This document shows, piece by piece, positions 50,401 to 62,717 of a DNA stretch of 64,000 bases. The translations under genes were made by a program, and so were the position numbers. Origin of the DNA: Squalus acanthias (taxonomy: Eukaryota). The stretch spans positions 38,876,001 through 38,940,000 of the forward strand of contig CM059432.1 of the NCBI GenBank assembly GCA_030390025.1, written 5' to 3'. Each line of letters begins with the position of its first letter. The stretch's first letter is position 1. The notes under the pieces were generated by a model, which saw nothing but the letters and a program-made list of their open reading frames with translations, was not told the origin of the DNA and searched no databases.

Positions 50401-53400
50401 AATGGAAATAATATATTTTTTTAAACTACAGAATACGTGCCAACACGTAACAATCTCTGATAATTTTTGAATCGATAAAAGACTGCTTATTATCTTTCTG
50501 AATTGAAGGTATCCTATCTGAAATATTTTTTAAAAATCGAATTGATAAATTTAAAGACCTTCGGTTATGGTTAAATTTGACTGTAAAAAGCTACCGTTCA
50601 CAATATCCAAAATCTAATAGTTCTCCCCAACAACACAAGAGCCAAGTTTACACCCTCCACGTGTCTCTTCCTAACGAAGCATTTTCCTGAATTCAAAGGA
50701 GTTTGAAACACATTTGGTGAAGGCGATGACAACCCTCCTGACTGGGGGGAGGGGAGGGCAGGTGCTGCACAGGACCCGGGTGGAGTTTTCTTTGTGAATG
50801 TCATCCTCAGACTTGACCGTTTTTAAAGCGGATATATACGAGGCACTTTAACAATTCACATTACAGGGCCCACGTTTACCGGAAGATTTATTCATTGTTC
50901 CTGTCGAACTTCTGTCTCTAACATACTACAGACCCTGTCGGTGTGATTGTTCAACACTTGTTTTTTTTATATATTTCTATTAGCTTCCAGGAAGGTTTAT
51001 TCTCTTTTTTTTCAAAGTTAGGTTTTATTTCCGCTACGTGACAAAATTGATGTTTGAAGGAATGATTTGGGTTTGCAAAGCTCGACATGTCTCTTTGCCT
51101 GATTTATGCACACTCACGGGTTGGCCGTCCAATTTCATCAACACGTCACCCAGCACAACCTGTTCATTAAAGGAAAACTTCATTAGGGAATGACTGAGGG
51201 CCTATGAAACCTTGATGGACAGGGGGAGGGGAGGGGCAGTAGAAGGGAAATCAGCTGGGCAGAAATTTTCTTCAGGAGTCCTAACACCACAGCGTGGTGC
51301 TATTTGCAGGTGTCGCTACACATTAAATATATTGCAAATTACATATGTAATTATTGTATTTATCAGAATGTTGGATTTAAACCATACTGACAAAGTAAAG
51401 AGTTGGGTCAACATAACAGTAAAAGCACCATATTACAATACTACGTTGTCTATACTGTTTATGGCTGCTCCAGTTCTTTAAATTAAACTGCAATTTCACA
51501 ATGGTTAACTATCGCACGCACAGACACGGGTCCTGAGTGAACAGATTGTTAAAATGCACTCCTAATCAAAGTGTATACATTAGAGACAAGAGCATAGAAT
51601 TGGTCATCTGTTTCAAATCTGCTACAATTGGCTGAATTCTGCCTGTGTGGTATAGTTTGATTGTTTTCTGGAAAGGAAAGCTCACAGACAATTCCCTAGT
51701 ATAACACACAAGTGCACTATCAATAATAATTATTTCAGTTTTGTACATTTTATTAGAAATGCCTCTGGTCCAAATGAATCCACCTGCCAGCTGGGATCAG
51801 TGTTTGGACAAAGGCATTACATTGGCAAAATGACTGCATCATCAACATTGAATCAACATACGGCCTATTCTGTTACATTCATGCATTACAGTAAAAATAT
51901 CATCAGCTGATTATAAAAAATAACACAACCTCGAAATTCGGCAACCACAGTTTATATGTAAAAACAGTACAGCGTGTTTTTTGGAGGAAAGCACATCCGT
52001 GTAAACAAATGAACTACATTGTGCTGTTGTGTGATCGCCACTGAGGGAATAAAGTGCAACAAAAACGATCTTCCATATACATCTGCACATCAAGCACAGA
52101 CTCCGGGTTGTGCAAAATTGAACTATTTAATTATTTAAATACAAAGGATTTGATTTTCAACATCAATTTGTATTGTAAAGAACTTTACACGTTCTTATTT
52201 TAGCTTGCAGTTAATGGCTTTCCTTCCTCTCCAACCCCTCCCCACCACCACCACCACCTCCGAAATGGTCTGAGCACCACTGTTCAGTGAAATTTTGTAT
52301 ATTATAGGCCAAAAATATTTTGGTTGTTGCATACCGATTAATTAGATCATCGCACATGCAGCCAACTGAGCGATTACTTGGTATTTCCGACTCATAGGGG
52401 TAATGTAGTGGTGATTTCTGTGGGGAGTGTGGCTGTTTAACATAAGCATCTGCAATCCTAATTAAACGCTTTGTGGATAGATTTTTTTTACATTGATGAG
52501 AGGTTTTACCCTTGTTAAGATGTAAGGCAGAGGCTTGCCTGTAGCGAAGTTTCCTCAGTCCATATATAATAGATGCGGTTGCTTGTACATTTGCTGCTTA
52601 GAATTTCAAGATCACCTCAACTGATCTTAGCACTGCAGATAATTCAAAACCTCCATGCGTGCGAAGAAGACGACAAATGATCTGTTTTAATAATAACATT
52701 TACATCAGCAGATTATGTGGACGAGGACTTACTGCAATGTCTATTGTAGACTACCAAATCACTGTATTTTCTTTACGGCCTATTCCACAAAGCACACTTA
52801 TTCTCCGAAATTTCACCCGCGATATCATAGACAAAATAAATCTAAAACACAGTGTACCTATGTTCTACAGGGATAGGACACGGAATGTTTAAACACGCTG
52901 GGTTGTTATATTTCTGTTCAATATGTAGAAATATTGATATGTAGATTGGTAACTGCAGTATTGCAAAAAAAAAGTAGCTTTCATGTTTAAAGGCAGGAGT
53001 TCCCGAAATCACGACACTGCAACTTTAAACGTGACTTTTTAAAATCAAGGCTGTATTTACATTCTGGTTTCATGGCCTGTTGTCATGTAGAAGTTCAGTT
53101 GTAAATTTGGGACAAGTCCGGGGAAGTTCTTGCGGTTTCAACGCGTCTCAATGTGGCTCCGAATAGTTTGCAATGGTTCTGATAAAAGCGACCACAATTG
53201 AATCCGAATTTTAAAGAACAACCCATTTATTCCACAGACCACGAGTTCATGGTGCTGCATTGTTTTACAAAAAAACGAATAAGACGGAGTCGAGCTAGTA
53301 AAAATGTGCGGCTTTTGTGAGAGTAACTTTAAATCTTACTTGTTTGTAGTTATGTTACGTTACGTTAAAAGCTTGACCTGCCGAGTGCAGTGTCAGTGAT

Positions 53401-53810
53401 TCCTATCTCTTTAATTATAACAAGCAGAACCAGGGAGCAGCGTATTTTCAAATCTTGAAATGGACTTCCTTTGAAAGAACTGGGGCACAGGGCGATAGTC
53501 AGCTCTGCTCTTGTCTGGTGACTGTACAATAACCAGCTTTTCTTTCTGTTGGCAGCTTAAGTTATTAACCGTCTCAGCAAAAAGCTTGTTTTGTCGAGTT
53601 TAACGCGCGGTTCCGTTGTACGGAAAAACAGAAAGGCTGAAGGAGATATTTCAAAACAGCGAGAATGAAGCTTTGTAAATCAGTCGGACCAGCCAGTGAT
53701 GTACCTGTTTCCTTCTTATAGATTCATAAGTAAAGATTTCAACTTATATCTGTAGAATGGTAGACACATCTATTTAACTTATTAGAATAGTTTCTCGCCC
53801 TAGAAATGGA

Positions 53811-53814
<4 letters not shown>

Positions 53815-53844
<30 letters not shown>

Positions 53845-53914
53845 GCACATATATCTCTCTATATATGTGGGTATATATATATATATATATGTGTGTGTGT
53901 GCATATAGAGAGAT
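53815..53914. repeat. Compound (TG)n/(TA)n microsatellite
   Basis: Read directly from the sequence. Confidence 0.95.
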
Positions 53915-54005
53915 AAATCTTTCTTGACACTGTGAGCGATTTCCAATTAATGACCCTTGTTTATAGCCTGCCTTCTAATGTTTCTTTGTACTTTTTCTTT
54001 TATAG

Positions 54006-54889
54006 ACGATCTCTTGCATTCACATTTAAGAAAGCAAAAATATTTGTTTGATGTAACAACTTTGTCGGACAAAGAGGAATTAGTAGGGGCTGAATTGAGG
54101 ATACTGAGAAAAACTCCCGAGGCTCTTCGAAAGACACTGACAGGTCTGTACGACATCAAATTGTACTCCTGTTTTACCGGGGGACAATCATCCAAATTAT
54201 TGCAGTCTAGAACGCTTGATATCTACCATTCAAACACACAAGGATGGGAAGTTTTTGATGTCTGGGAGGTCTTTAAGCTCCTACACCCTGCCCAGCTATG
54301 TTTTGAATTTAAGGTGACATCCAGCAAAAGCGAGCGTGATACTGATCTAAGACAAGTGGGATTCGGTCGGAAAGGGAGGCAGCCTCAAGAAAGAGCTCTT
54401 TTAGTGGTTTTCACTAGAACTCGGAAAAGAGAAAATCTCTTCAGCGAGATGAAAGAAAAAATCAAGTCGTCAGAGGGTTCCGATGAGGAAGTCAAACGTC
54501 AGTTCAAAGCCAGGAGGAAGAGAAGGACCGCCTTTTCAAATCGCCACGGCAAGAGACATGGCAAGAAGTCCAAGTCCCGCTGCAGTAAAAAACCTCTGCA
54601 TGTGAACTTCAAAGAGTTGGGTTGGGATGATTGGATAATAGCTCCCCTGGACTATGAAGCCTATCACTGTGAGGGAGTATGTGACTTCCCCCTCAGATCT
54701 CACTTAGAACCCACGAACCATGCCATTATCCAAACCCTCATGAACTCCATGGACCCTAATTCCACCCCTCCGAGCTGCTGCGTTCCCACCAAATTGAGTC
54801 CTATCAGCATTTTGTACATCGATGCAGGCAATAATGTTGTCTATAAACAATACGAGGACATGGTGGTGGAATCATGCGGGTGCAGGTAG
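54006..54889 (+). CDS. GDF6: Growth differentiation factor 6, coding exon 2 (prodomain, RRKRR furin site, 120-aa mature TGF-beta domain)
   Basis: Polypyrimidine tract and TATAG acceptor. G+AC restores the frame (1263 nt total). The mature domain [36 protein letters not shown]...ESCGCR has 7 cysteines and GDF6-type residues (KELG, EGVCDF, ILYIDAG). Confidence 0.97.
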
Positions 54890-57112
54890 CAAATTGTCCC
54901 TAATTTCGGAGGTAGTGAGACTACCGAATGCAACTTTGAGGACACCACGGGGCTGGTCGGTTGGAGGACGGGGCGCGCTGTTTCAAATGTACTCAAATAG
55001 CTGCGTTTCTCACATCAGTCCTCATGAATAATCCACCAGGGGAAGAGAGAGAAAGAGAAAGGGAGAGAGAAAACTCTTAGCATGTTCTCTGTAATTTATT
55101 CATATACCAGTCATTTAGTTGATATGACATCGATATTTTAATACACTGCCTGCAATTTACCTGCAAGGCGATATCTAACCCCTCTGCACCCAGATATTAT
55201 CACACTGTATAAGGTGTCATATTACGAACAATAAGGGGACTAAATAACCATGGGTTTCCGTTCATACAGAGAAGCGGAGATAAATGTGCTTCATATATGT
55301 GCCAAACAGTTACACATGAAGTTGTTATTCATGATATGCTGCTGGTCGCAGACATTGGAGACAGGGTTATCCTTAGGGGACAATCCATTCATACACAAGC
55401 CTGCAAGCATTTTCATTGATTCAAGTGGAAGTTTAGTGATGACCTGCAGAGTCGGTGTAGACAGGTATCTCCAGCATATATTTTCCCCGTCCATATTCGA
55501 AACCTACTGAAATCCCTTTAGCGAATGATCATCCATTGGCGGTTCTCAGAGTCGTGTCCGGTGGATTGTCCCATCAGCAGACTTTAGATTTTAGTTTGAA
55601 AGCTGGGAGAAGGCACATGCACCACTAGATTATTGCAGTCACGTTTGGGTCGGGGGTAGAGGTAGAAGGGGGATTATGTTCGGTCAGTCTCCAATGATTA
55701 TCGCAGTGTACACAGGATGGCACCTGTTCAAACTGAACCAATTTAGATTAAGGGAAGGCAATAGTCCCAGCTCCTTTCATGGGCTGGCATGCGGAGAGTA
55801 ATGGGACCTGCGAGCAGAAGGCAAAGCCCGAAGAACGTTTCTGTTCCCTTTCCCCCGCAATTATCTGTTGATCTCGATTGCCTTTTTAAAGGTGAAGGTA
55901 ATTTACCAAACACAAAAAAACCCGAACTAATGAAAGGAGAGAATGGCTCCGCTCCCCCAGGTTTCTTGTTTAAAGAGGGTTATTCCTTTTTCTTCTGACA
56001 TTCCGACAAGATTACCAGCCAGAAAGAGCCGACGGCCAAAAAGGAATTGTTGCAGATTGTAATTACATCTATGGTGGAATTTAAGATGCCTGGTGTGATT
56101 AAAAACTGCGAAGGGGGGAAAAAGACAGAATCTAGAAATGACCAAATGGCAGTTGCTGTCCTCGATAAGGACACAAACACACAATGGGATCGGTGGCGTT
56201 TCACCAGCTACAGACAATACAGTATTTACAAAATTAGGTTGGAAACAAGCAAACTCTTGTACAAATAGTTACCTTCCTCCGGCGATCGCAATGGGAAAAC
56301 ATTTGGAGAGCCCTGCTTTGCTCACGATTTACAAACTCTATTGGATCAGGATAAAAAAAAGTGCACTTCTGTCCATTAGTAAAGTTTTGCTCAGTTGAAT
56401 CACCACTTGTTTGGTAATCCCCAAGGGACAACGTTGCAAACTGTAAATTGCCTGGATCGAACGATCCCACAACTAGGAGGTGGGGAAATAATCGACCCCC
56501 AGGACCATATGTATAAAAATGCACATTAGCTTTGATGCACTGTTGTTCATATGTTGTGTTGTACATATTTGTGTATTTAAACCAGACTTTAATGTGCAAA
56601 ATGGAGAAGTTAACAATTACATTAAGTATAAAAAAGATTATGTATAGATCTTTGTATGCACTCGGAATTTTGTGATATTTCTAATATTTTAAAAAAAAAT
56701 AATATTTGAGTTGTACAGGGTTTTAAACGTCAATCAAGCATTGTCTGATATCCCCAAGGTTGTAATTCTCCTAAAATATTAATATGTTTATTTCTTTTTG
56801 TACCGAGGGTGGAGAGACGTCTTTCATTGTCTACCTCACATTATATTACAATGTTTAGAATTTCATAGAAATCCAGCAAATTCACTCGTCTTTTCTGGTA
56901 GCCTGGCGTAAATAGTTGTTGTTTTTACTGGGTATATTCTCACTATTGCTGTATCATTAAATGTTTAATTTGATCAATTTGTTTGTCATTTCTGGGTTCA
57001 TTTTGAAAATCTAAATGAAAGGCCAGTGCAGATACCAACATTTGAGTAAGACCAAACGACCCATTTGTTTGCTTTGCAGTACATCAATCAGACACGCTTT
57101 TGAACCAATAGA

Positions 57113-57296
57113 AAAGCAAAATACTGCGGATGCTGGAAATCTGAAATAAAAACAGAAAATGCTGGAAATACTCAGCAGGTCAGGCAGCATCTGTGGAGAG
57201 AGAAACAGAATTAACACAGTTAACACAGTTAACTCTGTTTCTCTCTCCACAGATGCTGCCTGACCTGCTGATTATTTCCAGCATTTTCTGTTTTTA
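57113..57296 (-). mobile_element. Fold-back Penelope-like pLTR mini-insertion with 14-bp TSD
   Basis: TTTGAACCAATAGA at 57099-57112 and 57297-57310. Near-perfect arms, with TTAACACAG reiterated at the centre. Confidence 0.85.
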
Positions 57297-57579
57297 TTTG
57301 AACCAATAGACTTAGCCTTGTCATCCACGGAACTAGACTTATAAAACAGTCATCAGTGTGGTGTTTTAAAAAATATATCGTATTTTCGGGTGTTTTCATA
57401 AGAATTTGATTTTATGTATTTTCAGTTTGATGCTTGTAACAATGTGTATATTCAGTTATTTAAATACTAGATACATTCGTTGCCACTCTTATAAATCGAC
57501 CAGCAAATCATGTCTGAAAGGGAAACATTGGAGAAAATAATAGTGGGTAAATTATTTGCATGCAATGTTTGTTAAGTTT

Positions 57580-57987
57580 GTCAAGTCCCACTCCAGAGAC
57601 TTGAACACGAAAATCTAGGCTGACACTCCAGTGCAGTGCTGCAGGAGTGCTGCACTGTCGGAGGTGCCATCTTTCAGATGAGACGTTAAACCGAGGCCCC
57701 TCTGCTCTCTCAGGGTGGACGTAAAAGATCCCATGGCACTATATTGAAGAAGAGCAGGTAAGTTATCCCTGGTGTTCTGGCCAATATTTATCCCTCAATT
57801 AACATAATTAAAACAGATTATCTGGTCATTACCACATTGCTGTTTGTTGGAGCTTTCTGTGCACAATTTGGCTGCCGCGTTTCCTATATTACAACAGTAA
57901 CTACACTCCAAAAGCTACTTCATTGGCTGTAAAGCGCTTTGGGATGTCCGGTGTTTGTATAAGATGCTATATAAATGCAAATCTTTC
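57580..57987 (+). mobile_element. Deu-domain SINE (SacSINE1/AmnSINE1-like core) with L2-like tail
   Basis: CTTTCAGATGAGACGTTAAACCGAGG...AAAGATCCCATGGCACT core and tail GTAAAGCGCTTTGGGATG...GCTATATAAATGCAA. Tail-only copies occur near 32990, 39240 and 44120. Confidence 0.85.
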
Positions 57988-58519
57988 GAGACTGAAGCCT
58001 ATACCAGTTTTGGTTCCAGCCAGGCAGAACTCTATTTCCACTGTTTGGCTCCTAACTGGCTGGAACTTCAACTATACTGTTTAGGAGACAACTTTACCTA
58101 TGCTGGATATATACATATGCTGAGCTTCTTATTTACATTAATATCAGGTAGGTTTACAAAGTGTTCAGGTGATCCAACATGACCATGTAACCACGTTGCA
58201 AACCAGGTTTGACACCATACTGGATTTGCACTCTATCTGGTGTCAGACTGAAGTGGTGTGAGACTACCCTCCAAGTAGTTTCACTCTGCTACACTTGGGA
58301 ATCGGGGCAAGCCCTGATTCCGGATTTGCAGTAACAATTGAGTGCTAGTGTGAAACAAGAATCACTTTGCATCAACAGTAAACTTGCAGTATAAATGCAC
58401 CCTAAGGGTGTTCTCATCAAATCATCCCTTGGTATTGAAAATATTGAATCTTTCCTTACCTACTATCAAAATGCCTATAGGAAAAATTATTTATTTATAA
58501 AATTAGTAAAGTTAAGTAA

Positions 58520-58812
58520 ATAGAATCATAGAATGGTTACAGCATGGAAGAAGGCCATTCGGCCCATTGAGCCCGTGCCGACTCTCAGCCAGTCCCACTC
58601 CCCCGCCTTTTCACTGTATCCCTGCAAATTTATTTCCTTCAGATACTTATTTAACTCCCTTTTGAAAGATAAGATTGAGTCTGCCTCCACCACCTTTTCA
58701 GGCAGTGCATTCCAGATCTTAACCACTCGCTGTATAAAGAAAGTTTTTTCTTATGTCGCCTTTGGTTCTTTTGCCAATCACCTTAAACCTGTGTCCTCTG
58801 GTTCTCGATCCA
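58520..58812 (-). mobile_element. CR1 LINE 3' end, same subfamily as 21650-24185
   Basis: Reverse complement of ~23875-24175. Confidence 0.92.
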
Positions 58813-59299
58813 TTCACAAAGTTAAAAATAATTACCGGGTTAATAAAACTAGAAGTCAACAAGAAAAGTCATGCGTTAGATCAAAAGGTTAGCCCTCCTG
58901 TTTGCAAATTTAAAATTAAATAATGAATTATCTAGGAACCAGCCACTTTAAGTAAATACAATTTGTATGAAATGGAAACATAAAAAAAACCTCGCAGTAT
59001 TGTTTTGAGTTTATGGGAGGATGTTTTTAACAGAAAGAATACATGATATACACAAATGATGAGGTTCGGGAACAGGGAGGCCTATTGGATTAGACACTGA
59101 TCTTTAACCTCTGGGTTCAAATCCAACCCAGACTGAGGGGATGAAAGTCTTCTCTGTCTTTTTGGTGTAAGAGGCCTATGTAGGGTTGCTAATTCTTGTT
59201 TGATGTATTCCTGGAGGTTCAATCACATGACATTTGATCACGTGACATTGTCCGAGCTGACACATGAAGAATGGCCATGCCGGGGCAGCTGTCGACTGT

Positions 59300-59730
59300 G
59301 GAACCATACCTCAGTAAAAGTCAGTACCAGGTAAACCATACCCCAGTGAGAGTCAGTGCCAGGGGAACTGTACCCCAGTGAGAGTCAGTGGCAGATGAAC
59401 TGCACCACAACGAGAGTTGATGTCAGGGAAACAGTACCCAGAAAGTGTCAGTGCCCGGGGTACCATAACAAGTGAGAGTTAATGCCAGGGTAACTGTACC
59501 CTAGTGAGAGTCAATGTCTGGGGAACCGTAGACCAGTGAAAATCAATGGCAGAAGAAGTGTACCACAACGAGTTGGTGCCAGGGAAACAGTACCCAGAAA
59601 GTGTCAGGGTACCATAGCACAGAGAGAGTTAGCGCCAGGGTAACTATACCCTAATGAGAGTCAGTGCCAGGAGAACCACACCCCACCAAGAGTCCGTGCC
59701 AGGGGAACTGTGCCCTATTGCGAGTCAATG
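59300..59730 (+). repeat. ~32-bp minisatellite (~13 units) inside a SINE-like element (~59080-59765)
   Basis: Consensus GAACTGTACCCCAGTGAGAGTCAGTGCCAGGG. B-box-like GGTTCAAATCC near 59114. Confidence 0.85.
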
Positions 59731-60240
59731 CTTTCAGGAGAAGAGGGAAACAAATTGGGAAAAAGAATAGAAAAAATAAAAATGCTCTTGGGAAGTGGGA
59801 CTTATATTGAGAGGAGGAATTTCCCTTTAAATACTGGGCTATTTACATATATGTTGTCCCTTTTAGAGGCATTGTGTAGCTGACCTTTCTGATGTGTGAT
59901 CCAATATGTTCATACTGTTTTTCAGGAGCTGAATCAGATTCTTTTTTCCTTCATGTAGATTGAGTAGTTGCATTTAAATTTTGGGTTCAAGGGCAGCCAC
60001 AGGAATCCCCTCTGGTCTCCGAGCCATGGGGAGTCCAGCATTGCCTTGGTGAGGTTCAGGAATGGCTTGTCGATGTGCAAACCATTTGGCAGGTAGACCC
60101 ACACAAGTCTCATCTGCTCGGTATGTCCTGCTGTTGGCACGCAGGATGGTCACAGCGTTTTGACTTCCTGCAGGCAAAGCTGGAGCCAGCCCGAGAAGTG
60201 AAAGTACACAGGTGTGAAGCGCGACTGTCAAGTAGTTTTA

Positions 60241-60345
60241 TATAAGAACATAAGAAATAGGAGCTGGAGTAGGCCATTCGGCCCTTCGAGCCTGCTCCAC
60301 CATTCAATAAGATCATGGCTGATCTTCAACCTCAACTCCACTTTT
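60241..60345 (-). mobile_element. CR1 3' tail fragment
   Basis: ataagaacataagaaataggagc...ggccattcggcccttcgagcctg is a reversed CR1 tail. Confidence 0.85.
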
Positions 60346-62717
60346 AATATAATAAAACTAATTCTCCCGGATTTCTAGCAGCAGTGCCCAGGGGATCAAT
60401 CTCCCACTCTGGGAGACTCCTGGACATTCCGGGAGGGTTGGAAATCCAATGTGAAATAAGTTCGGGAAGTCTCAATCCAGTTCCTCGTGGACTTAGCAAA
60501 CAGCACAAAACTAATTTGGCATTAACTGGCAATTTCAATCAAAGAGATGACAGGATGGGTGATGTCACACTAGTGCAGTGGAGGTGGAGGCATATTGTTG
60601 GGCCAGGGTAAAGGGACCTTTACTTTGCATCTGGCTGCTCTATACCTGATCTGTACATTGGATGCCCTGAAACGGGAAGAGTTCCATCCTCCACACTAAG
60701 ATCTCTCAGCTTGAGTACAAATATGTGGAGAAAAAATAATGTTAAGGTTTGCTGGTTTTATGACTATCGAGAATGATACTTTTCAGCTTCTTTTTTAGAT
60801 ATGCTGTTTTAATTTCTTCCTTCCTGTCTTGAAGATAGTGACTCAATTGGAATGCAGTTCCACAGGTGCCAGCAGCTTTACAGAACATCTGTCAAGTGGC
60901 CATTCCACATGCTTGAGTCTAGATAGTGAGGGACCACAGTGGGAGGAGGTAGTGATCAGGAACAGAAATTCTGGCCATGTGATCCAGTGACACTGAGGCA
61001 AATTGTAGCACCCTATATCTGCCCTGGCAGAGGTCAGAACAGAATGGGATTGGACCTGGGACTTCCTAATCTGTATGGCTCAGTACCACTTTATACTGAA
61101 CAACTGTGTGATGTGTCTATGAACATTTGTAATACATGACTTAATAATGTACTTAGCACAAATCACATTCCAATAATTGAAATTTTCCTGCATAGTTATG
61201 TAACATCGCCATTTTATTCATCAAAAAGACATGTTGACGTTTTCTGGAATGTAAGAATTGTGCCATTTTAAAGTATGTGTTTCCAGTCCATAATGTTGAT
61301 TTCATTACTTCACTTTATTTCACATATGATCATTTCAACTATTAGAATAAATCTGATGTATTTCTGAATTGGTAATTTGGGCAACATTGTCAAACAGTTC
61401 TCAGTTTTCACATAGTAGAGGTAAAAATAATTTTGAATGTTGGAACTTTGAAATAACTTTAGAAAATGCTGAAATTACAGAACAGGTTGAGAAAGGAAAA
61501 ATACCTTGATTGGTCATTCTAAGGAAAGCTCACATGTAAAATTTTTAAGCCATCTTCCACTGTTGTTGGACTATATCTTAGTTCCATGTAATGCATGCCT
61601 TTTATACAAGCGCAGAAGTAAATCTAAAAATGCGTTGATAACATTTTAAGGTGGTAAAACTTCATATTGAAACTCCTTTGTTTAAATTAATAAGCATATT
61701 TTCTCAGCTTCTGATCCATTCAAACTACTGCATTTATAGTTTTTTCTGCAGTGCATGAGTTACAATATAATGCTAATGCTTTAGATATTGTACAGTTCTA
61801 ACTGTTAATCGAGTGTGGCAAACATGGCTGGTGTGGGGGTGGTGGGAGGGGGTTGGTGTTGTTGGGATGGGAGTGTGTGAAAGAGAGTGATTTGCTACAA
61901 TGAATATCTGCTTCTTTCTCCAGGATTTCTCTGACCACATTTGCTGTAAATCAACGCAGTTCTTTATTTAAAATTTTCAATTCTGCACCAGCATCCTGGC
62001 ACTAAATAAACTTTCCAGCAGAAAATGTTTCATTTCCATTCTGTTATGCAAAAAATAACCAACATACTAAAGGTTGAAAGCTTTGGATAGAAACTGCCCA
62101 TTTGCACTTACTGTCTATTCTTTTGTTTATTCAGTTAAAATGACATTCTTTACTAGATACCAGACCATCATTAATGGATTCTTGTCTTCCTGCCAATGAC
62201 TATAGTAGTTTTATTGTATCTTTGATTAATGAGTATGATCTTTTGAACTGTACAGCACTTTACTTGTTATCAGCAAACAGGCTTAATTACAGAAATTAAA
62301 GTGTTTAACAGCCTCAATATAAAATCAGATGCTCGCTACATTACAAGATTTTAACACTTGATTCAAAAATGTTCTCGGCTCGTCACAAAAGTACCATAAT
62401 TATATGGCTAGAAAATGCTCTATACTGCAGTGTTTGTACTTTGCATGGAGAGAGCAGGTTGTAGTAAACACATATTGGACCTGTTGATAATATGAGCCAC
62501 AATTCATGCAACCAACGTCTTAAATATATGAATGCTATAAACTTAAATGCATGAAGGGATGAAGTGAACATTCTCCATCAATTGGCTACAGCCCTTCATT
62601 AAAATGGCTAAATTCAATATATAGCCAAAACCAAAGGTGAGGAAACAATGGCCTAAAAATGACTCCCAACTTGCAATTATTGTGTGTCAACTGTGGCTCA
62701 GTGGGTAGCACTCTCTC

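Noticed and set aside
54006..54889. Assignment to GDF5 or GDF7
   Set aside because: The mature N-terminus ([13 protein letters not shown]) and the exon-1 motif [14 protein letters not shown] match GDF6. Synteny is not visible in this window.
59300..59730. CRISPR-like periodic array
   Set aside because: The units are contiguous degenerate tandem copies with no unique spacers. The context is eukaryotic and there are no cas genes.
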